Positions 46,717 to 53,740 of a DNA stretch of 60,044 nucleotides are shown here, in pieces. A program made the position numbers and the translations under genes. How positions within the stretch are numbered: the stretch's first letter is position 1; the number at the start of each line of letters is the position of its first letter. The notes beneath the pieces were generated by a model that saw only the letters and a list, made by a program, of their open reading frames with translations, was not told the DNA's origin and ran no database searches. Source of the stretch: an uncultured virus (IMG/VR IMGVR_UViG_3300042860_004714) (taxonomy: Duplodnaviria; Heunggongvirae; Uroviricota; Caudoviricetes); the IMG/VR virus record IMGVR_UViG_3300042860_004714, one strand, 5' to 3'.

Positions 46717-47286
46717 GGTGACCCATGGCCAACATGTCTGACCCCCGAGTTCCACTTGTCCTCGCTCATGCACAAGCTTGTCGAGAGGCTAGTTACGAGA
46801 GAGCTTGGCCCCTACTTTCTCTGCCTCATGAGCTCAAAGATCTTTCTGGTATCGACCTCTCCGAAGCCAAGCTCAACGGCGCCAACCTCAGCGGCGCCAA
46901 CCTCACCGGCGCCAACCTGACCGGCACCAACCTCAGCAGCGCCTACTTCGACAGCGCCGAACTCAGCCGTGCCAACCTCACCCGCGCGGACCTCAGCGGC
47001 GCCGCACTCTACTTCTCCAAGTTCAACGGCGCCGACCTCACCGGTGCCAACCTCACCCGCGCCAACTTCCAAAACGCCGACCTCACTGATGCCAACCTCA
47101 CCGGCGCTATGCTGACCCGTGCCAACCTCAAAGGTGCCAATCTAGTTTTAATGACCAACGCTACAAACGACAATGAGCCTCGGCCACATGTTTTGCTTCA
47201 CAAAGAAAAAGACGGTAAGCTGCGCATTAAAATCACTTCTTTGGTCTACTGAGGTGATCCATGGCCAACATGTCTGACCCCCGAGT
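46586..47286 (+). repeat. ~165-bp near-identical direct repeats (46586-46750 and 47122-47286) spanning gene junctions
   Basis: ccaacctcaaaggtgccaatctagttttaatgacc...tactgaggtga.ccatggccaacatgtctgacccccgagt repeated at 536-bp offset. Confidence 0.9.
46725..47252 (+). CDS. Pentapeptide repeat protein, copy 3
   Basis: Same caps; 3' end nearly identical in DNA to copy 2. Confidence 0.9.
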   Translation: MANMSDPRVPLVLAHAQACREASYERAWPLLSLPHELKDLSGIDLSEAKLNGANLSGANLTGANLTGTNLSSAYFDSAELSRANLTRADLSGAALYFSKFNGADLTGANLTRANFQNADLTDANLTGAMLTRANLKGANLVLMTNATNDNEPRPHVLLHKEKDGKLRIKITSLVY

Positions 47287-47767
47287 ACCTCTTGTCATCG
47301 CTCATGCAGATCACTGTATTGAAGAGCGGAACAACTTTTTGCCCGCTCCTCCTTTACCAGAAAATCTGAAGGACCTGTCTGGAATAGATCTTAGTGGTGC
47401 TGATCTGTTAGGGGTCAATCTCAGAAACGCGAACCTCACGAACTCCAATCTTCAGGGTGTCAGCCTGTTTGAAGCTGAACTGAGTGGTGCCGACATTTCT
47501 GGGGCTGACCTTACAGACGCTAAGCTACAACAGGCTAGCATAGGCTTTGCTGATTTAGCGGGAGCGAAGATCAAGCAGTCGCAATTGAAACGAGCGGTTT
47601 ACAGGGATGTAGCACTAGACGGTTACCCCAAAGAAGTAGCCGAAAAAGTTATTTTGTTTCACGAACCAGAACCTGAACCACACAAGCGAAAGCTCAAAAA
47701 AAGACTTGTCGTTGAACTTCGATCAGACGGAAAACTGTACATCAAAACCTCCATCTTCTTCTACTGA
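47261..47767 (+). CDS. Pentapeptide repeat protein, copy 4
   Basis: MANMSDPRVPLV cap, DLSGIDLSG, divergent C-cap LVVELRSDGKLYIK. Confidence 0.88.
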   Translation: MANMSDPRVPLVIAHADHCIEERNNFLPAPPLPENLKDLSGIDLSGADLLGVNLRNANLTNSNLQGVSLFEAELSGADISGADLTDAKLQQASIGFADLAGAKIKQSQLKRAVYRDVALDGYPKEVAEKVILFHEPEPEPHKRKLKKRLVVELRSDGKLYIKTSIFFY

Positions 47768-47774
47768 GGTGAAC

Positions 47775-48332
47775 GTGGATCTGTCTGACCCCCGCTTTCT
47801 CAGTGTTATGCAACACATACACGCTGTATTTGCCGCTCTGAATCAAGGAGAAGAGCAACCTCCTCTGCCCGAACATCTCAGAGATCTGTCTGGTATTGAC
47901 CTCTCTGATGCTAACAACGCAGTCTTGTCATTGCGCGGGGTCAATTTCAGTGACGTTGACTTCACCGGAGCTAATCTGGCTCGCGCTGACTTTAGAACTG
48001 CTTACCTTGAGCGAACAAATTTCACCAACGCCAACCTTGCCGGAGCCAATCTCAGCTCTGCTATCTTGGTCGGCTCTAACTTCACTGGCGCTACTCTGAA
48101 CGGAGCCGATCTTAGTGATGCTGTTCTTGCAAACTCAAACATAACGGTAACGCAAAGACATAGCGCGAAAAAAGCAGAGTCAGCTTACCCGGAAGAAGAT
48201 GTAAGCAAAGTACTTTTTTTGCGTCGCAGAGAACCAGAAAAATACGACCAAGAGGGTCTTGTTGTTGAGCTTCACACAGACGGCAGGTTACGCGTGAAAA
48301 CTTCTCCCTTCGCTTTTTGGGGTAGCGAATGA
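47775..48332 (+). CDS. Pentapeptide repeat protein, copy 5
   Basis: GTG start after GAGGTGA; DLSDPR, DLSGIDLS, LVVELHTDGRLRVK. Confidence 0.88.
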   Translation: MDLSDPRFLSVMQHIHAVFAALNQGEEQPPLPEHLRDLSGIDLSDANNAVLSLRGVNFSDVDFTGANLARADFRTAYLERTNFTNANLAGANLSSAILVGSNFTGATLNGADLSDAVLANSNITVTQRHSAKKAESAYPEEDVSKVLFLRRREPEKYDQEGLVVELHTDGRLRVKTSPFAFWGSE

Positions 48333-49129
48333 CACTCAATAACCTCGATGCTCGTCTTAAGCAGCGCGGGCTGCTGCCCAGCACGAAAGAGAAGTACAAG
48401 GAGATTCTCGAAGCGGCGCAAAAAGGCGACATCATCGGTTGGCTCAACAAGAAGATTCACGCTCGAACTCCGCTCGGTACTGTTCTTCCTGCAAGAGCCG
48501 CAGTCAAACACTACTTGATTAGCGAACAGGGGTACGACGAGGAATCAGTCGACGAGCTTCTTCCGAAGGCAAAGGGGCAAGCAGCTCAAACGCGACAGGC
48601 GCTCTCGCCTCAACAGTTGGCGACGTACTTGGCCGCTTGTGATGCGATCGACAACGAGCCTTCTCGCACTATATTGCTGCTTTTGCCGAAAACGGGTCTA
48701 CGCATCAGCGAGATCACGGGCCTCAAGCGCTCAGACGTGATCCAGAAAGACGGTAAACTGTTCTTCTCCTTCCGCGGTAAGGGCAACAAACATCGCCTTG
48801 TTCCTTTGCCTTCTACCGCAGAACTGACATTGCGGGAGTACCTCGACAACACGCCCCAAAGAGAGTTTCTTTTCGAGTCCACGTGGACTGGGCCCATCAC
48901 TCCTCACGCTGTAAGGAAGTACACGAGGCAGATAGCCGAGGACTTCCCGGAGCTTAGCGGTTTATCTCCCCACGTCTTGCGCCACACTTATGCGACGAGC
49001 TTGCTGAAGAAGGGAGTGGATATCAAGACGCTACAAGAGTTGATGGGCCACACAAGCATCACGACAACGCAGCGATACCTGCATCCCGATGCCGAAGACC
49101 TCGCAGCTGCGGCGGACAAGCTCGGGTAG
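48329..49129 (+). CDS. Tyrosine recombinase/integrase (XerC/D-like)
   Basis: TGLRISE (R), GKGNK (K), PHVLRHTYAT (HxxR), LMGH, TQRY (Y). Confidence 0.93.
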   Translation: MTLNNLDARLKQRGLLPSTKEKYKEILEAAQKGDIIGWLNKKIHARTPLGTVLPARAAVKHYLISEQGYDEESVDELLPKAKGQAAQTRQALSPQQLATYLAACDAIDNEPSRTILLLLPKTGLRISEITGLKRSDVIQKDGKLFFSFRGKGNKHRLVPLPSTAELTLREYLDNTPQREFLFESTWTGPITPHAVRKYTRQIAEDFPELSGLSPHVLRHTYATSLLKKGVDIKTLQELMGHTSITTTQRYLHPDAEDLAAAADKLG

Positions 49130-49141
49130 TTGGAGTTGCCG

Positions 49142-49552
49142 CTAAGCGACAGGGGCGTCTGCGATCACGTCAAACGGAACCTTGGCCAAGATACTAACGC
49201 TATCGCTGTTGTCGTAGCGCCACGGCGAAGCTTTATCGTGCCAAACGGTTTCAAGAAGCTTGTAGCACAGGAAAGACGAGAGCCTCATCTCGGTCGGAAT
49301 TCTCGCTCTGTTGTACGAAGAGATAGTTTTTCCTTCGTGAACTACAGCGAACCTTCCTTCGTTATCTGCCATGGCGCAGAGCCATGTGCCGCTCAAAACA
49401 AGCTTCACCACGTCATCAGGAGAAGGAAGCTCGTCCACTTGCTGCAGACAAAGACCAGCTACGTCTTGTGTTCCGAAGCCGAGATGCAATGTGGACTGAG
49501 AGTCCACGAGAAGGAAAAAGCTCGAACTGGTGATTTCGGCATGACTGCCCAA
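49142..49552 (-). CDS. Possible hypothetical protein
   Basis: 136-aa ORF filling the gap after the recombinase; no motif, start uncertain. Confidence 0.4.
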   Translation of the reverse strand: MGSHAEITSSSFFLLVDSQSTLHLGFGTQDVAGLCLQQVDELPSPDDVVKLVLSGTWLCAMADNEGRFAVVHEGKTISSYNRARIPTEMRLSSFLCYKLLETVWHDKASPWRYDNSDSVSILAKVPFDVIADAPVA

Positions 49553-49610
49553 AGTGCCTCCGATGTGCTAATTCTATCTCGCTCTCGAATTTCGTCACGG
49601 AGAAAAGACC

Positions 49611-49997
49611 ATGCGGCACAATCCTCAGCACCTGCACGATCTCGGCGCACTGGCTGATGCTGTCTTCCATCACTACGGCGACGCCATGTCGCAAGCTGTT
49701 TTTCCTGTGGCTCTCGGGCCTTCTGTGGCCCGGCAGAACGCCACCCAGAAGAAGACGACAAGCTCTACTACAAAAAAGGTCAAACGGTCTTCCAGCGAAA
49801 AACTGTCTTATCGTCAAGAAAAATACAAAGAGTACGTGAAAAAGGCAAAGGCCAGAAACAAGAAACCCATGACCTTTGCTGAGTACAACACCTACATGGA
49901 TCTTCGAGGACAAGAGAGGCGGTCTAATGCCTCGAAGGGCATGGCGGTCAAGAAGAGCACAACAGTCAAGAAGAGCGTGAAATCTACTAATAAATGA
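49611..49997 (+). CDS. Small highly basic protein (putative DNA-condensing core protein)
   Basis: MRHNP start, HYGD, ARQN; Lys/Ser/Thr-rich. Confidence 0.7.
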   Translation: MRHNPQHLHDLGALADAVFHHYGDAMSQAVFPVALGPSVARQNATQKKTTSSTTKKVKRSSSEKLSYRQEKYKEYVKKAKARNKKPMTFAEYNTYMDLRGQERRSNASKGMAVKKSTTVKKSVKSTNK

Positions 49998-50006
49998 GCT
50001 GAACTC

Positions 50007-50663
50007 GTGGTACCGCAGAGCATCAGTGACGAGGCGTTGCTGCATCTTCAGGCGACTGAAGGTGCTATTCCTTACGTCTACGATGATGGCGACGGTACTT
50101 GGCCCAAGAAGAAAGTTGTTTCATTCTCCGACGTGAAGGGTTACCCGACCATCGGGGTTGGGCATCGCATCTTCGACAACGAGCAGCATCGGTTTGCTGA
50201 GTTCCTCGCGGGCGGTCGCACAATGACCACCGGCGAGATGTCTGATTTATTGCAAGACGACATCAACTCACGGATAGCGACTTCAAGCTTTCGGAGTCGG
50301 ATTCAAGTACCCATCACGCAGTCGATGTGGGACGCGCTTGTCATGCACGCGTTCAACACAGGGCCTAACGCGAAGTCTGTGAAGTCAGCCATCGACTTCA
50401 TTAACGCCAGTGCGTGGGAGCAAGCTGCGGCGGCTTTGGGCAGCGGCCCCACTACGTCAAAGGGAAAGACGCTGTCGGGTCTTGTGAAGAGAAGAGCAGA
50501 AGAAGCGGCCCTCTTTCTTCGAGACGGAGTGCCCGACTTGACGACTGGAGTGGCGAACACTTTACCGCGCTGGGTTTGGTGGTTAGTAGGCGGCATAAGC
50601 ACGGCCGCTGTGGGCGTGTTTACTGTCATTCTCATGCGAAAGCTACGAGACAGGGAAGAATGA
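50007..50663 (+). CDS. GH24 lysozyme with C-terminal transmembrane anchor
   Basis: TEG...VYDD...PTIGVGH, ITQSMWDALV..AFNTG, GLVKRRAEEAALF; C-terminal WVWWLVGGISTAAVGVFTVILM-RK. Confidence 0.88.
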   Translation: MVPQSISDEALLHLQATEGAIPYVYDDGDGTWPKKKVVSFSDVKGYPTIGVGHRIFDNEQHRFAEFLAGGRTMTTGEMSDLLQDDINSRIATSSFRSRIQVPITQSMWDALVMHAFNTGPNAKSVKSAIDFINASAWEQAAAALGSGPTTSKGKTLSGLVKRRAEEAALFLRDGVPDLTTGVANTLPRWVWWLVGGISTAAVGVFTVILMRKLRDREE

Positions 50664-51733
50664 TCAAGTATCTCGGCTCCAAGAAAAACTTGACGGCAAT
50701 GATCTCTGCTTTGTGTTTTCACATCAAACCCGACGGCACTGTAATCGACCCCTTTTCGGGGACAGGCCGCGTAGGCCTTGCGCTCAAGGCCATGGGCCAC
50801 AAAGTCATTTGTGGGGATCACAACCATTACGCTTACACGTTGGGCTTGTGCCATGTTCAGGCGGACCTCAAGACCTATGACACAAACGATAGCGGTTCTG
50901 TGCGTGCGATCATCCGTGAGATGAACAACTTGCCTCCTGTAAGTGGTTACTTTACGCAGACCTTCTGCGAAGAGAGCAGGTTCTTCCAGCCGAGCAATGG
51001 TGCTATCATCGATGCAGCCCGTGATTTCGTTGAAAGCCTCGACCTAAATCCCGAGAAGAAAGCTGTTCTCGTTACCTCGATCATCGAGGCGGCGGACAAA
51101 GTCGACTCCACGGTAGGCATTCAGATGGCGTATCTGAAGTCTTGGGCCGACAGAGCCAACAACAAGGTTGAGTTCTTGTTCCCTGAGATGAAAACTGCAC
51201 AGAAGAACAGGTGCGAAGCCTACCACGAGGACGCTGTAAAGCTCGTCAAGCGCACTGACGCCGACATCGCGTACTTCGATCCTCCTTACAATCAGCACAA
51301 GTATCTGGGCAACTACCACATTTGGGAAACGCTGTCGTTGTGGGACAAGCCCGCCACCTACGGCGTGGCGAAGAAGAGGATCGACTGCAAGGACAGAACG
51401 AGCGACTTCAACTCAAAGACCAAGGCGAAGGCTGCGATCGAGACTTTGATCAAGTCCTGCAAAGCTCCTCACATCGTGCTGTCCTACAACAACGAAGGCC
51501 ACGTCGCCGAGGATGAGATCAAAGCCATTCTTGCTTCTGCGAGGAGTGAGTTGATTGTGTTCGCCTACGACCACAAGAGGCACGTGGGCCACAAGATCGG
51601 TATCTTCAACCAAAAAGGGCAGAAGGTAGGCGAGGAGAGTCATGCGCGAACGACCGAGTACATGTTTTTCGCGACAGACGATAAAACAATCGCAGGCAGA
51701 GCCCGCCGGAATATGGCTCAGTACTTGCTTTGA
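50660..51733 (+). CDS. DNA adenine methyltransferase (D12-class/FokI-like)
   Basis: MIKYLGSK, DPFSGTGRV (motif I), YFDPPYN (motif IV), VLSYNNEG. Confidence 0.92.
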   Translation: MIKYLGSKKNLTAMISALCFHIKPDGTVIDPFSGTGRVGLALKAMGHKVICGDHNHYAYTLGLCHVQADLKTYDTNDSGSVRAIIREMNNLPPVSGYFTQTFCEESRFFQPSNGAIIDAARDFVESLDLNPEKKAVLVTSIIEAADKVDSTVGIQMAYLKSWADRANNKVEFLFPEMKTAQKNRCEAYHEDAVKLVKRTDADIAYFDPPYNQHKYLGNYHIWETLSLWDKPATYGVAKKRIDCKDRTSDFNSKTKAKAAIETLIKSCKAPHIVLSYNNEGHVAEDEIKAILASARSELIVFAYDHKRHVGHKIGIFNQKGQKVGEESHARTTEYMFFATDDKTIAGRARRNMAQYLL

Positions 51734-53355
51734 TCGAGCGGCGTCTTCTTCGGTCTGCCGTCGATGTCTCTGCGAAAGCTCTTTTCTTTATCTCTGTTCA
51801 CGCGTTCTCCTGTAATGACTGAGATGTGTTTGCTCACAGACTGAATCTTGAAGGTGCCCGGCTTGAAGATCACTTCAGGGTTCAGTCTGAGCTTGAGATT
51901 GCTTGACGGCAAAAGCTTATTGACCAAGTATCCATTCATGACGCTCCAGCGATAAGCACCTTTCAAGTTCCAGTGCGCTTTGTCGAACAGTACGGCATAA
52001 GTTTCTCGCGGAGACGGCAATGGGGGAAGCGGCGCGCAGATTCCCAAGTTCGTGTTTACTTCGGGCAAAGAACCTTTGCTGTGCTTAGTCCACTGCGCGA
52101 TCATCGTTCTTACATTTTCCTCTTCGTTCTCTACGATAAGCTCGTTTCCGATGTGCTTTTCGATCAACTTTCTCTTGATTTTCACGATGTCGTCGATTCG
52201 ATCGTCAACAGTCCCGGGAACGTGAAGCAACCAGATTGTTGTGGCAAACGTCTGGCCGATGCGTCTGATCCGATCTTCTGCCTGATCTTCGTCTGCGCTG
52301 GTGTAGTAGCGCTCGACAAACATCAGGTGCCGAGCTGCGTGCAGGGTGATTCCTTCCTTTCCGGCTTTCGTGCAGATGATGATGGGGATTGCATGCTTCT
52401 GGAACCCTTCGATGTACTCTTGGCGCTTTTTCGTCGGCGTCGAGCCGTCAACAAGCGCGTTCCTCAATCTCTGCTTTCTGAGTGCTGCAACAAGCCCTTG
52501 CACGACCACTTGATGCTCACAGAAGATAACCAAAGGTTCTCCTGCTCTGACCGTGCGTGCCGCAAAGTCAGCCGCAGCCCTGATCTTACCTTCGCCGAGA
52601 ATACGCCTCAGGTACCCGATCTTGACCAGCGCTTCTTGGGAGATCTTTTGCTGAATCTCGGACTCAGAAAACCCTTCTTCAGTCAAGCCCTTTGTCGTTT
52701 CGCGAAGCCAACCTTCAAAGTCTTGTTCGGCTTTGTCGTAGTCGCGGCGAAATTGGGCTGGCAGGTTGATGTTCAAGTAGCTCCGCTTCTTCTCCGGGAT
52801 GTCGGGCGCCACTTCCGACAGAAGACGGCGAAGAACAGGAGGTCGGCTCCCTTGGAACAAGGACATCAGTTGTTCCATCTCGCCGATCGTGTTGACGATG
52901 GGAGTCCCTGTCAGGAGCAATAGGCCTCGATCTCGAGCGCACAGCGCTTCGAGTGCTTTCGATCTCTCCGCGTGAGGGTTCTTCGCGAAGTGTGCTTCGT
53001 CCGCAACGATGCACTTCCATTCGTGAGAAGCAAGAACATCAATTCTTGGCTCCAACAGAGCCCACGAAATGACCACTACGTCGAGGGTTCCGATTTCTTC
53101 TGGCAACTGTCCTTGCGACTCAAAGAGGATGACGCGCAGGCCTTGGCCCCACGTTTGAAACTCTTTGATCCAGTTTCGCGTGACAGAAGCAGGAGCAATG
53201 ATGAGAGCTGGCGTTCTTTGTCGGTAGCACTTGGCGATGGCCGTAATGGCGGTCGCTGTCTTGCCGGTACCGGGCGCATTGGCCACAATGGCACGCAAGC
53301 CGCATGATATGAGCTTGGTGACGTCTTCTTCCTGCATCGGGCGAAGCGTGGGCAC
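51718..53355 (-). CDS. SNF2-family (SF2) helicase/ATPase
   Basis: PGTGKT, IIAPAS, ADEAH, LLTGTP, KEGITL, QAEDRIRRIGQ; GGAGG + GTG start at 53355. Confidence 0.92.
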   Translation of the reverse strand: MPTLRPMQEEDVTKLISCGLRAIVANAPGTGKTATAITAIAKCYRQRTPALIIAPASVTRNWIKEFQTWGQGLRVILFESQGQLPEEIGTLDVVVISWALLEPRIDVLASHEWKCIVADEAHFAKNPHAERSKALEALCARDRGLLLLTGTPIVNTIGEMEQLMSLFQGSRPPVLRRLLSEVAPDIPEKKRSYLNINLPAQFRRDYDKAEQDFEGWLRETTKGLTEEGFSESEIQQKISQEALVKIGYLRRILGEGKIRAAADFAARTVRAGEPLVIFCEHQVVVQGLVAALRKQRLRNALVDGSTPTKKRQEYIEGFQKHAIPIIICTKAGKEGITLHAARHLMFVERYYTSADEDQAEDRIRRIGQTFATTIWLLHVPGTVDDRIDDIVKIKRKLIEKHIGNELIVENEEENVRTMIAQWTKHSKGSLPEVNTNLGICAPLPPLPSPRETYAVLFDKAHWNLKGAYRWSVMNGYLVNKLLPSSNLKLRLNPEVIFKPGTFKIQSVSKHISVITGERVNRDKEKSFRRDIDGRPKKTPLDQSKY

Positions 53356-53389
53356 TGTTCCTCCGTTACAGAGCAAGAGGGGTCAAGTT

Positions 53390-53740
53390 GTGTTGAAGCA
53401 CAGAGCGAAAGGCAACCCCGTCGGCATCCCTGCTGCAACAGACAGCTATCCTGCAGTCAAGTTGGTGAAGATCGGCAAGAAAGGTGTTTTTACTCACATC
53501 TTTGACCCGAATCTCGTGGTGGAGGGGACTGCAACGGCATCGGGTAGTCCGGTTGTCGGCTCCCCTCTTTGCGGAAGTGGTTATCGAAGCAAAAATGGAA
53601 CGACAAAGGCTGCGGGCGCTCGGCATGTCCCTGAACTGTATGTCTCGGATGGGGCGAAGTACGCTACTTGTACACGGTGCATCAAGCTGGCAACGTTTAA
53701 CCTGGGTCGCTACGGCACGCTGTTGCAGGCAAGAAAATGA
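53390..53740 (+). CDS. Small putative zinc-binding protein
   Basis: AKGNP motif; TH...PLCG...ATCTRC ligand pattern; start approximate. Confidence 0.6.
   Translation: MLKHRAKGNPVGIPAATDSYPAVKLVKIGKKGVFTHIFDPNLVVEGTATASGSPVVGSPLCGSGYRSKNGTTKAAGARHVPELYVSDGAKYATCTRCIKLATFNLGRYGTLLQARK

Noticed and set aside
45700..47300. Dense short repeats (gccaacctcacc..., gccgacctc...) resembling a CRISPR array or DGR
   Set aside because: They are 15-bp coding units of pentapeptide proteins; no unique spacers, cas genes or reverse transcriptase are present.
45599..49129. Shufflon (invertible cassettes) driven by the recombinase
   Set aside because: All five genes are complete and co-oriented, and I saw no inverted recombination sites.
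51973..52923. 316-aa + strand ORF
   Set aside because: Lies antisense to the clear SNF2 helicase and has no motifs.
50660..53355. Methyltransferase + helicase as a Type III or BREX-like defence system
   Set aside because: Genes are convergent, no nuclease or other system components are seen; this fits an orphan phage MTase and a separate SNF2.
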